The position numbers were made by a program, and so were the translations under genes. Shown piece after piece: positions 37,201 to 50,172 of a stretch of DNA of 64,000 nucleotides. Position 1 is the first letter of the stretch. Each line of letters begins with the position of its first letter. The DNA comes from Eledone cirrhosa (Eukaryota), in the NCBI GenBank assembly GCA_964016885.1, contig CAXHJY010001439.1, forward strand, positions 248,001 through 312,000, read 5' to 3'. The notes under the pieces were generated by a model. The model had not been told where the DNA came from. It saw only the letters and a program-made list of their open reading frames with translations, and ran no database searches.

Positions 37201-40200
37201 GTGTTGTTGATGTTGTTGGTGTTGGTGGTGTTATTGGTGTTGGTGTTGTTGGTGTTGGTGGTGTTGGTGTTGTTGGTGTTGTTAGTGTTGTTGTTGTTGG
37301 TGTTGTTGTTGTTGGTGTTGTTGGGGTTGTTGGTGTTGGTGTTGTTGGTGGTGTTGTTGGTGTTGTTGGTGTTGGTGGTGTTATTGGTGTTGGTGTTGTT
37401 GGTGTTATTGGTGTTGGTGTTGTTGGTGTTGTTGGTGTTGGTGTTGTTGGTGTTGTTGTTGTTGGTGTTGTTGGGGTTGTTGGTGTTGGTGTTGTTGGTG
37501 GTGTTGTTGGTGTTGTTGGTGTTGGTGGTGTTATTGGTGTTGGTGTTGTTGGTGTTGTTGGTGTTGTTGGTGGTGTTGTTGGTGTTGTTGTTGTTGGTGG
37601 TGTTATTGGTGTTGGTGTTGTTGGTGTTGTTGGTGTTGTTGGTGTTGGTGGTGTCGTTGGTGTTGTTGGTGGTGTTGTTGGTGGTGGTGTTGTTGGTGTT
37701 GTTGGTGTTGGTGGTGGTGTTGTTGGTGTTGTTGTTGTTGGTGGTGTTATTGGTGTTGGTGTTGTTGGTGTTGTTGGTGTTGTTGGTGTTGGTGGTGTCG
37801 TTGGTGTTGTTGGTGGTGTTGTTGGTGTTGGTGTTGTTGGTGGTGTAGGTGTTGTTGGTGGTGTTGTTGGTGTTGTTGGTGTTGGTGGTGTTATTGGTGT
37901 TGGTGTTGTTGGTGGTGTTGTTGGTGTTGGTGGTGTTGTTGGTGGTGTTGTTGTTGTTGGTGTTGGTGTTGTTGGTGTTGTTGGTGTTGGTGATGTTGGT
38001 GGTGTTGTTGGTGTTGGCGGTGTTGTTGGTGTTGGTGGTGTTGGTGTTGTTGGTGTTGTTGTTGGTGTTGGTGGTGTTGTTGGTGTTGTTGGTGTTGTTG
38101 GTTTTGGTGGTGTTGGTGTTGTTGGTGGTGTTGGTGGTGTTGTTGGTGTTGGCGGTGTTGGTGTTGTTGGTGTTGTTGGTGTTGTTGGTGTTGGTGGTGT
38201 TGTTGGTGTTGTTGGTGTTGGTGTTGTTGTTGGTGTTGGTGGTGTTGTTGGTGTTGTTGGTGTTGACGGTGTTGTTGGTGTTGTTGGTGTTGGTGGTGTT
38301 ATTGGTGTTGGTGTTGTTGGTGTTGTCGGTGGTGTTGGTGTTGGTGGTGTTGTTGGTGTTGTTGGTGTTGGTGGTGTTGTTGGTGTTGTTGGTGTTGGTG
38401 GTGTTATTGGTGTTGGTGTTGTTGGTGTTGTTGGTGTTGTTGGTGCTGGTGGTGTTGCTGGTGTTGTTGGTGTTGTTGGTGTTGTTGGTGTTGTTGGTGT
38501 TGTTGGTGTTGTTGGTGTTGGTGTTGTTGGTGTTGTTGGTGTTGTTGTTGTTGGTGTTGTTGGTGGTGTTGTTGGTGTTGTTGGTGTTGTTGTTGTTGGT
38601 GTTGTTGGTGTTGTTGGTGTTGTTGGTGTTGTTGTTGATGTTATTGGTGTTGGTGTTGTTGGTGTTGTTGGTGTTGTTGGTGGTGTTGGTGTTATTGTTG
38701 ATGGTGTTGGTGATGTTGTTGGTGTTGTTGGTGTTGGTGGTGTTGTTGGTGTTGTTGGTGTTGTTGGTGTTGTTGGTGTTGTTGGTGTTGTTGGTGTTGG
38801 TGTTGTTGGTGTTGTTGGTGTTGTTGGTGTTGGTGTTGTTGGTGGTGTTGTTGGTGTTGTTGGTGTTGTTGTTGTTGGTGTTGTTGGTGTTGTTGGTGTT
38901 GTTGGTGTTGTTGTTGATGTTATTGGTGTTGGTGTTGTTGGTGTTGTTGGTGTTGTTGGTGTTGTTGGTGTTGGTGTTGTTGGTGGTGTTGGTGTTGTTG
39001 GTGTTGTTGGTGTTGGTGATTTTGTTGGTGTTGTTGGTGTTGGCGGTGTTGTTGGTGTTGGTGGTGTTGGTGTTGTTGGTGTTGTTGGTGTTGTTGGTGT
39101 TGTTGGTGTTGGTGTTGTTGGTGTTGTTGGTGTTGTTGGTGTTGTTGGTGTTGGTGTTGTTGTTGTTGGTGTTGTTGGTGTTGTTGGTGTTGGTGTTGTT
39201 GGTGGTGTTGTTGGTGTTGTTGGTGTTGTTGTTGGTGGTGTTGTTGGTGTTGCTGGTGTTGGTGTTGTTGGTGGTGTTGTTGATGTTGTTGGTGTTGGTG
39301 GTGTTATTGGTGTTGGTGTTGTTGGTGTTGGTGGTGTTGGTGTTGTTGGTGTTGTTGGTGTTGTTGTTGTTGGTGTTGTTGTTGTTGGTGTTGTTGGGGT
39401 TGTTGGTGTTGGTGTTGTTGGTGGTGTTGTTGGTGTTGTTGGTGTTGGTGGTGTTATTGGTGTTGGTGTTGTTGGTGTTATTGGTGTTGGTGTTGTTGGT
39501 GTTGTTGGTGTTGGTGTTGTTGGTGTTGTTGTTGTTGGTGTTGTTGGGGTTGTTGGTGTTGGTGTTGTTGGTGGTGTTGTTGGTGTTGTTGGTGTTGGTG
39601 GTGTTATTGGTGTTGGTGTTGTTGGTGTTGTTGGTGTTGTTGGTGGTGTTGTTGGTGTTGTTGTTGTTGGTGGTGTTATTGGTGTTGGTGTTGTTGGTGT
39701 TGTTGGTGTTGTTGGTGTTGGTGGTGTCGTTGGTGTTGTTGGTGGTGTTGTTGGTGTTGGTGTTGTTGGTGTTGTTGGTGTTGGTGGTGGTGTTGTTGGT
39801 GTTGTTGTTGTTGGTGGTGTTATTGGTGTTGGTGTTGTTGGTGTTGTTGGTGTTGTTGGTGTTGGTGGTGTCGTTGGTGTTGTTGGTGGTGTTGTTGGCG
39901 TTGGTGTTGTTGGTGGTGTTGGTGTTGTTGGTGGTGTTGTTGGTGTTGTTGGTGTTGGTGGTGTTATTGGTGTTGGTGTTGTTGGTGGTGTTGTTGGTGT
40001 TGGTGGTGTTGTTGGTGGTGTTGTTGTTGTTGGTGTTGGTGTTGTTGGTGTTGTTGGTGTTGGTGATGTTGGTGGTGTTGTTGGTGTTGGCGGTGTTGTT
40101 GGTGTTGGTGGTGTTGGTGTTGTTGGTGTTGTTGTTGGTGTTGGTGGTGTTGTTGGTGTTGTTGGTGTTGTTGGTTTTGGTGGTGTTGGTGTTGTTGGTG

Positions 40201-41270
40201 GTGTTGGTGGTGTTGTTGGTGTTGGCGGTGTTGGTGTTGTTGGTGTTGTTGGTGTTGTTGGTGTTGGTGGTGTTGTTGGTGTTGTTGGTGTTGGTGTTGT
40301 TGTTGGTGTTGGTGGTGTTGTTGGTGTTGTTGGTGTTGACGGTGTTGTTGGTGTTGTTGGTGTTGGTGGTGTTATTGGTGTTGGTGTTGTTGGTGTTGTC
40401 GGTGGTGTTGGTGTTGGTGGTGTTGTTGGTGTTGTTGGTGTTGGTGGTGTTGTTGGTGTTGTTGGTGTTGGTGGTGTTATTGGTGTTGGTGTTGTTGGTG
40501 TTGTTGGTGTTGTTGGTGTTGGTGGTGTTGCTGGTGTTGTTGGTGTTGGTGGTGTTGTTGGTGTTGGTGGTGTTGTTGGTGTTGTTGGTGTTGGTGGTGT
40601 TGTTGTTGTTGTTGGTGTTGGTGGTGTTATTGGTGTTGGTGTTGTTGGTGTTGTTGGTGTTGTTGGTGTTGGTGGTGTTGTTGGTGTTGGTGTTGTTGGT
40701 GGTGTTGTTGGTGTTGGTGTTGTTGGTGTTGTTGGTGTTGGTGGTGTTGGTGTTGTTGGTGGTGTTGTTGGTGTTGTTGGTGTTGGTGATGTTATTGGTG
40801 TTGGTGTTGTTGGTGTTGTTGGTGTTGTTGGTGTTGGTGGTGTTGTTGGTGTTGGTGTTGTTGGTGGTGTTGGTGTTATTGTTGGTGGTGTTGGTGGTGT
40901 TGTTGGTGTAGGTGATGTTGTTGGTGTTGTTGGTGTTGGCGGTGTTGCTGGTGTTGGTGTTGTTTTTGGTGTTGTTGGTGTTGGTGGTGTTGTTGGTGTT
41001 GTTGGTGTTGTTGGTGGTGTTGGTGTTGTTGGTGGTGTTGTTGGTGTTGTTGGTGTTGGTGGTGTTATTGGTGTTGGTGTTGTTGTTGTTGTTGGTGTTG
41101 TTGGTGTTGGTGGTGTTGGTGTTGTTGGTGGTGTTGTTGTTGTTGTTGGTGTTGTTGGTGTTGGTGGTGTTGGTGTTGTTGGTGGTGTTGGTGTTGTTGT
41201 TGGTGGTGTTGTTGATGTTGTTGGTGTTGGTGTTGTTGGTGTTATTGGTGTTCTTGTTGGCGTTGTTATT
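1255..41270. repeat. 40-kb GTT/GGT binary trinucleotide satellite with higher-order duplications
   Basis: Nearly all triplets are GTT or GGT, with rare variants (ATT, GAT, GTC, GGC, GCT, AGT, GGA, TTT). Rare-variant strings recur at fixed offsets: GGTCTTGG 12646/17230 (4584), ATTGGCGTTGTTTGTGTCG 3782/24241 (20459), GGAGTCG 4703/25180 (20477). Confidence 0.97.
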
Positions 41271-41300
41271 TATGCTTACCTAATGATAGCTAGTCACATG

Positions 41301-41304
<4 letters not shown>

Positions 41305-41359
<55 letters not shown>

Positions 41360-41390
41360 ATATATATATATTTATATGTGTATATTTATA
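41305..41390. repeat. (TA)n/(TG)n microsatellite
   Basis: Direct read. Confidence 0.9.
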
Positions 41391-41391
41391 T

Positions 41392-41472
41392 ACCTGGAGT
41401 TGCGACGGATAGATAGTATTAGCAATTGGAAAGACCAACGGAAACATTGTTCCCTCGGTCCGATTTGACGAA
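41392..41472 (+). mobile_element. Internal fragment of the SINE family also present at 46520-46795 (opposite orientation)
   Basis: 'tgcgacggatagatagtattagcaattggaaagaccaacggaaacattgttccctcggtccgatttgacga' aligns to the reverse complement of 46589-46670 ('tgcgacccgtagatagtaatagcatctgtaattggaaaggccaatggaaacattgtttcctcggtcagttctgacga'). Confidence 0.75.
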
Positions 41473-41489
41473 AGTCGATCGTTCCTTTT

Positions 41490-41580
41490 TTATTTATATG
41501 TGTATATATATATATATTTATATGTATATATATATTTATATGTATATTTATATATATATATATATTTATAAGTATATGCG

Positions 41581-41674
<94 letters not shown>

Positions 41675-41675
41675 T
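41490..41675. repeat. (TA)n followed by (GA)n
   Basis: Direct read. Confidence 0.9.
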
Positions 41676-41744
41676 AAAATAGTGAGATACACACATACAT
41701 GTGTGTTGTGTTCATTATTCAAAATGGCGTAGATTAGTGCACCG

Positions 41745-41820
41745 TTAAATAAAGTGTCCCGAGGAATTGAACTCACATTCTCCTGAATTTCAGCCGAACA
41801 CCTTAACCACTAAGCTATGC
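41745..41820 (-). mobile_element. tRNA-derived SINE head fragment
   Basis: Minus strand: A-box-like TAGCTTAGTGG, then B-box-like GAGTTCAATTCC, then 'ggacactttattt' (CORE-like remnant). Confidence 0.65.
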
Positions 41821-41824
41821 GCTT

Positions 41825-43070
<1,246 letters not shown>

Positions 43071-43094
43071 TATCTAAGTATAGAGGAAGCAGAA

Positions 43095-43175
43095 CAAATA
43101 AAGTACCAGTAATACACTGGGATAATTGCTGGCCTTGTGCCAAAAGTAGAAACAATTATTATTATTATTATTATT
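43095..43175 (+). mobile_element. 3' end of a tRNA-derived SINE (same family as 52185-52365) with (ATT)n tail
   Basis: 'aaagtaccagtaatacactgggataattgctggccttgtgccaaaagtagaaacaattattatt' matches copies at 51895-51948 and 52650-52715. Confidence 0.8.
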
Positions 43176-43385
43176 AGTAGTAGTAGTGGTAGTAGTAGTA
43201 GTAGTAGTACAAGAAGAACAAGAAGAGGAAGTAAAGAATAATAAGAAGAAGCATAAAAAGAAAAAAAAACAATAATAAGGCGAAAAAGAAGACTAAGAAG
43301 AAGAACAACAGCAGCAGCAAGAAGAAGAAGAAAAAGAAGAAGAAGCTGATGAAGATGAAGCGGACAACAATAACAACAACAATGA
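43176..43385. repeat. (AGT)n then purine-rich (AAG)n/(ACA)n low complexity
   Basis: Direct read. Confidence 0.85.
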
Positions 43386-43511
43386 AGACAAGAAGTAGAA
43401 TTGTGTAAAGTGTGAAATGTAAATAAAGTGGAAGATTTCAGTAATATAGAAGTTGTGTTCAGTGGAGCAGATAACTGGTATGGCACATGGTTATCAAATA
43501 TATTAATTAAT

Positions 43512-45222
43512 CTACTACAACAACAACAGCAACAGCAACAATAACAACAATAACTACAGCTACAACAACAACAACAATAATAACAACTACAACAACAGCA
43601 ACAATAGCAACTATAACTACAGCAACAGTAAAAATAACAACAACTACAACAACAGCAACAATAGCAACTATAACTACAGCTACAACAACAGCAATAACAA
43701 CAACTACAACAACAGCAAAAACAACAACAACAGCAAGTATAACTACAGCTAGAGCAACAATAATAACAACTACAGCAACAACAGCAACTATAACTACAGC
43801 TAGAGCAGCAACAACAATAGCAACTATAACTACAGCTACAACAACAACAAAAATAACAACAACAACAACAACAACAACAGCAACAACAACAACAACAACA
43901 ACAATAGCAACTATAACTACAGCTACAACAACAACAACTGCAACATCAATAGTAACTATGACTGCAGTTAGAACTACAACAATAATAAACAACGATAGCA
44001 ACTATAACTACAACCAGAACAACAACCTCAACAGCAATAATAAAAACAACTATAACTACGGCTAGGAAAACAACAATAACAACAACAATAGCAACAGCCA
44101 CTTCAGTTATAACTTCAGCTATAACAACAACAGTAACAACAGCAATAACAACAACAGTAACAACAGCAATAACAAAAGCAATAACAACAACAACATCAAT
44201 AACAACAACAATAACAACAGCAATAACAACAGTAACAACAGCAATAACAACAACAGTAACAACAATAGTAACAACAACAGTAACAACAGCAATAACAACA
44301 ACAGTAACAACAGCAATAACAACAACAATAACAACAACAGTAACAACAGCAATAACAACAACAACAACATCAATAACAACAACAGAAACAACATCAATAA
44401 CAACAACAGTAACAACAGCAATAACAACAATAACAACAACAGTAACAACAGCAATAACAACAACAATAACAACAACAATAACAACAACAGTAACAACAGC
44501 AATAACAACAATAACAACAACAGTAAAAACAGCAATAACAACAACAATAACAACAACAATAACAACAACAATAACAACAACTGTAACAACAGCAATAACA
44601 ACAACAACAACAACAATAACAACAACAATAACAACAGCAATAACAACAACAACAACATCAATAACAACAGCAGTAACAACAATAACAACAACAGTAACAA
44701 CATCAATAACAACAACAGTAACAACAATAAAAACAACAGTAACAACAGTAATAACAACAGTAACAACATCAATAACAACAACAGTAACAACAGTAATAAC
44801 AACAGTTACAACAGCAATAACAACAACAACATCAATAACAACAACAGTAACAACAGCAATAACAACAACAACAACATCAATAACAACAACAGAAACAACA
44901 GTAACATCAACAGTAACAACAGCAATAACAACAACAGTAACAACAACAGTAACAACAACAGTAACAACAACAATAACAACAGCAATAACAACAACAATAA
45001 CAACAACAGTAACAACAGCAATAACAACAGCAATAACAACAACAATAACAACAGTAACAACAGCAATAACAACAACAACAACAATAGTAACAACAACAAT
45101 AACAACAGCAATAACAACAACAGTAACAACAACAGTAACAACAACAATAACAACAACAATAACAACAGCAATAACAAAAATAGTAACAACAGTAGTAACA
45201 AAAACAGTAAGAATAACAACAA
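43512..45222. repeat. Degenerate (ACA)n array with AGT/AGC/AAT variants
   Basis: aacaacagtaacaacagcaat units. Polarity is opposite to the 40-kb GTT array. Confidence 0.9.
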
Positions 45223-45244
45223 ATGCCAAACTTTAAGATTAACT

Positions 45245-46515
45245 AACCACATCACTACCACCACAACCACTACTACCACCAGAACTACCACTGACACCAC
45301 TACCACTGACATCACTACCACCACCACCACTACTACCACCAGAACTACCACTGACACCACAACAAACAACCACCCAAAGATCTCACCAAAAACTCCACCA
45401 AATACCAGTTACACTACCACTGACACCACTACCACCACTACCACTGACACCACTACCACTGATATCACTACCACCACCACCACTACTACCACCAGAACTA
45501 CCACTGACACCACAACAAACAACCACCCTAAGATCTCACCAAAAACTCCACCAAATACCAGTTACACTACCACTGACACCACTACCACCACTACCACTGA
45601 CACCACTACCACCACTACCACTGACATCACTACTATCACCACCACCACTTCCACTGGTACCACTACCATCACTAATACCACCACCACAACAAACAACCTC
45701 GTACTTCCACTACCACCACCATCACCAACACTAACACCTAACCAGGAACCATCGACAAGACCTTATCCGCTTACTGAGTTTGTGTGAAACTCGTCAGACT
45801 GTTACCACTATCACCACCATCACCACCATCACCACCACCATCACCACCACCACCATCACTGCCACTGGCACCACTACCACCACCATCACCACCATCACTG
45901 CCACTGGCACCACTACCACCACCATCACCACCACCACCAATTCCACTGGCACCACTACCACCACCATCACTACCACCACCATCACCCCCACCACCATCAC
46001 CACCAGCACCACTGCCACTGGCACCACTACCACCACCACTGCCACTACCACCACCATCAACACCACTGCCACTGGCACCACCATCACCATCACCACCACC
46101 ATCACTGCCACTGGCACCGCTACCACCACCATCACCACCACCACCACTGCCACTGGCACCACTACCACCACCATCACCACCACCACCCCTGCCACTGGCA
46201 CCACAACCACCACCATCACCACCACCACCACCACCACTGCCACTGGCACTGGCACCACTACCACCACCATCACCACCACCACTGCCACTGGCACCACTAC
46301 CACCACCATCACTACCACTACCAGCACCAGCACCACCACTTCCACTGGCACCACTACTACCACCATCACCATCACCACCACTTCCACTGGCACCACTACC
46401 ACCACCATCACTACCACCACCATCACCACCACCACCACCATCACTACCAACACCATCACCACCACCACCACTTCCACTAGCACCACTACCACCACCATCA
46501 CTACCACCACCATCA
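45245..46515. repeat. (ACC)n-derived minisatellites: 153-bp tandem duplication, and ACCACTGCCACTGGCACC units
   Basis: GATCTCACCAAAAACTCC at 45379 and 45532. 'actgccactggcaccactacc' is repeated many times in 45858-46400. Confidence 0.85.
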
Positions 46516-46519
46516 CCAA

Positions 46520-46795
46520 CACTAACACCTAACCAGGAACCATCGACAAGATCCCAGACCTTATCCGCTTACTGAGTTTGTGTGAAACTCGTCAGAACTG
46601 ACCGAGGAAACAATGTTTCCATTGGCCTTTCCAATTACAGATGCTATTACTATCTACGGGTCGCAGCACCTGGCAGAAAGAGGAACATGAAATAAAGCGA
46701 CTTGCTCAAGGACAAAACCTATCACCCCGGCTTGGCCATCGAACTCACAACCCCACCATTGTGAATCCAATTCTCTAACCACTGAGCAACAGGCC
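46520..46795 (-). mobile_element. tRNA-derived CORE-like SINE, near full length
   Basis: Minus strand: TGCTCAGTGGTTAGAG (A box), GAGTTCGATGG (B box), CORE-like 'gtccttgagcaagtcgctttatttca', then a body shared with 41392-41472. The 3' boundary is approximate. Confidence 0.75.
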
Positions 46796-47054
46796 AACAT
46801 TTTATTCTTCGCCCCTAATCAACACGTTAAACGAGATTTGGTGCGGATCCAAGTTTTCTATTGTTAAAAATTCAAGATGTCGCTCTCTTCTCTATCGATG
46901 TCCGGAAGCTATATGTTGTATATGACATGCAGTGACACCACTAGGGAAATTAATGTATCATTAGTTTCTGGGAAGGAATGCACTGAGTTCACCTTTAAAG
47001 GGAGGAAACTAATGAAACAACAAACAATAAAGACCTATAAACTGCATTCACACT

Positions 47055-47109
47055 ATGTATGTATGTATGATATATATATATCTATACATAATATGTGTAT
47101 ATATATATA

Positions 47110-47172
<63 letters not shown>

Positions 47173-47188
47173 ATATAACATATGTATA

Positions 47189-47226
<38 letters not shown>

Positions 47227-47240
47227 GTGTATATATATAA

Positions 47241-47276
<36 letters not shown>

Positions 47277-47324
47277 ATGTATATATATATATATATATAT
47301 ATAATGTATATATATATATATATA

Positions 47325-47377
<53 letters not shown>

Positions 47378-47450
47378 GTGTATATATATTGTATATGTGT
47401 ATATATATTATATAATGTATATATATATATAATATGTATATATATATATA

Positions 47451-47510
<60 letters not shown>
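47055..47510. repeat. Degenerate (TA)n tract
   Basis: Direct read. Confidence 0.92.
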
Positions 47511-47512
<2 letters not shown>

Positions 47513-47910
47513 CCTAGTCCGTTTAGTAATATTGTTGTGGTCGTGTTTTCGTTGGCAATCGTCTGTTTACGACAGTACAGCGCGGCTCTACTTTATTTAA
47601 CTGAGATAAAACTTATATGAGCATGAACAGTAGATCATTACGCATCTTTTGGCTTAAAAATCTAGAAATTTGGTCCAGCGGGAAAAAGTTTATAATCAAA
47701 GTTTGCTGATAAATCTTGTGTTCAAGTGAGTGAGTAGTAAGCGTGACGCTAGGGGAGGTAATTACGAGGTAATTACAAGGGGAGGTAATCTAATATATTT
47801 CAAATTGTATTTTTAACTAAATTCATTTATTATAGTCTAATATTTTAAAAATAGGTGAGTGCTCCACGATGATGACCCATGTCCCCGCCATGTGGAGGGG
47901 ATGCTTAGGA

Positions 47911-47970
47911 GCCATCCAGATATCATGTGACCATTTTTGGTTCGCGGTCTCCACATGATATCTGGATGGC
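47911..47970. other. Perfect 19-bp inverted repeat (60-nt hairpin)
   Basis: GCCATCCAGATATCATGTG (47911-47929) and CACATGATATCTGGATGGC (47952-47970), with a 22-nt spacer. Confidence 0.85.
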
Positions 47971-48461
47971 CCTTTATACTAATTAGTCATTTATCTGCAT
48001 AAACATTATACCAGATCATTCTGATTATTGGCTTGAAATCTTTTACACAATTAGTATGAGCAACTAAGAGGTCATCAATAGAAATAGAATTACTTTTTGA
48101 AGTTTTCATGCACAGCATTTTTGGGGATTTTAAATAAAAGTTAATATCATAATTCTTATTTTGTATACCCACATTGCAGATACAGAGAAACATGACAATC
48201 CTATATAAAGGTCGTAGACAGCAGTATCAGTTGTTATCCGTAACACCATTGAAATGCACAAGTTTCACCAATTCACTATTATGCACTAATCATCTCAAAT
48301 GCATTCATGATTTACTAGCTTTGTCATTAAGCCAGTTGCCTCAACTAGATTGCAATTATACTCAAAAGAACTTTAAAATGTCAATCACTTGTCAGTAATT
48401 CACTATGATCTTTTAATTATTAGATAGTTGTTGCTTGCATTGCCTTAAAAAATAGTAGACG

Positions 48462-49482
48462 AGATAGAAAAATGCGTACAGCAAAAAAAAGTAATATTGT
48501 TGGAATATAAACCTTTAAAAATACAGGACAAGAAACTAAAATAAAACTTTAAAAGAATAGGACAAGAAACTAAGATAAAACTTTAAAGAATTGGACAAGA
48601 AATAAAAAATTTTACAATAATATTAGTGACAAAATTTTTTTATTCGTTTCCTGTGCTATGCCCCAGTATCTTCTTGATTAGTGCATAATAATTGTCATGC
48701 TCTCATTGTGCGTTGCCCCTGAGCGGTTGGTTCTGGTTGGGGTTGGTTGGCTGAGCAGTTCTGCTCCGTCAGAATGACCAGTGCAAGAGGAATTGGCCGA
48801 TGCAGCTGCAGGTCTCCTCCAAGAATGCACTTCTGGTCCCGCAACACCAGACGAAGATGGAGAAGACGACCGGGACAAGATGTCGACTCTGACCACCGAC
48901 TAAGGCACCTCCCTCAACCACCGGTCCTCCCTCCCTCTGTCCCGTCATCCCTCCAGTCCTCCTGCTCCCCCTTCCTGTACCAGAAAGCTGTGGCACGCAT
49001 TCATCTGGACTGCCGGACTTGAACTCAAGGACAAGATGCAAGGAGAAGATGGACGGGTTGGTCAAGATCAAGGATGAGCGGGACGACAAGACCGTCCGCT
49101 GCTGCTCAAGATCTGTGCTCATGGGCCCATGGGTCCATTCACATTATGCATGACACATGAGGCGTGTCGCCGAATGATGAAATAGGGGTATGGTTATGGC
49201 CCAATTGGTGTTCAAACCAGGATCAAATGATCCCCCCGGTCTGACGACGACGTCTGAATGTGGAACCCAGAGCCTATGAATGTGGAACTCGATTTTTTAC
49301 CAATAAAAATTTTGCCACTAATATTATTGTAAAATTTTTTATTTCTTGTCCAATTCTTTAAAGTTTTATCTTAGTTTCTTGTCCTATTCTTTTAAAGTTT
49401 TATTTTAGTTTCTTGTCCTGTATTTTTAAAGGTTTATATTCCAACAATATTACTTTTTTTTGCTGTACGCATTTTTCTATCT
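48462..49482. mobile_element. Non-autonomous long-TIR DNA element (178-bp TIRs, ~665-bp GC-rich interior)
   Basis: 48462-48639 is the reverse complement of 49305-49482, with one mismatch that I could see. Each TIR has three GGACAAGAAA sub-repeats at ~33-35 bp spacing. No clear TSD. Confidence 0.85.
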
Positions 49483-49489
49483 GGTATAA

Positions 49490-49526
49490 CATATGTATAT
49501 ATATATATATATATATATAATATGTG

Positions 49527-49580
<54 letters not shown>

Positions 49581-49583
49581 ATA

Positions 49584-49628
<45 letters not shown>

Positions 49629-49664
49629 TGTATATATATAATATATATATATATAATATATGTG

Positions 49665-49709
<45 letters not shown>

Positions 49710-49797
49710 GTGTATATATATAATATATATATATAATACATGTGTATATATATAATATATATAATATACATATATATAATATATGTGTATATATATA

Positions 49798-49828
<31 letters not shown>

Positions 49829-49893
49829 ATACATGTGTATATATATAATATATATAATATACATATATATAATATATGTGTATATATATAATA

Positions 49894-49955
<62 letters not shown>

Positions 49956-49957
49956 TA
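49490..49957. repeat. Degenerate (TA)n tract with internal sub-repeats
   Basis: Direct read. Confidence 0.92.
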
Positions 49958-50117
49958 CTTCGTCTTTAATTGTTGATCTGAAAACGTGTGTTGAAACATA
50001 TATTGTTATACTTTGGGAAGGTCATTCTGCGAACAAAAACACACATCTGCTGAATTTCACTTCAATTTATTACAAATTTCCAGTTGGTTGGTCTAGTATC
50101 CGGATGGTTGTTATTTT

Positions 50118-50172
50118 GTTTATTGTTGAAGCTCTTTCGTCGCACATTCTATGACGTCCTCAGTGACTAATT
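50118..50172 (-). ncRNA. Degenerate type I hammerhead-like motif (Penelope pseudo-LTR-like)
   Basis: Minus strand: CTGAGGA-C-GTC(ATAGAATGTGC)GAC-GAAA-GAGCT-TC-AACAATAAA. Core boxes and stem II are present, but stem I pairs poorly. Confidence 0.45.

Noticed and set aside
1197-41468. Giant + strand ORFs (poly V/G, V/L, C/W; up to 9277 aa)
   Set aside because: They are automatic translations of a stop-poor G/T triplet repeat, open in several frames at once, with no domains.
43415-43510. Protein-like frame KVEDFSNIEVVFSGADNWYGTWLSNIL
   Set aside because: It is short, has no convincing splice pair and matches no family I recognise.
46935-47790. Possible Kolobok/Helentron-like ends (CCTTTAAAGG, GGGGAGGTAA repeats)
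   Set aside because: No paired termini or TSD could be established.
47987-48398. Short ORFs in AT-rich unique DNA
   Set aside because: They have no motifs and their lengths are compatible with chance.
48510-48610. CRISPR-like repeat-spacer pattern (GGACAAGAAA x3)
   Set aside because: The spacers resemble each other, the pattern lies inside a TIR, the context is eukaryotic and there are no cas genes.
49970-50010. Hammerhead-like CTGAAAA...GAAACATATA
   Set aside because: Core G8 is missing and there is no stem I pairing.
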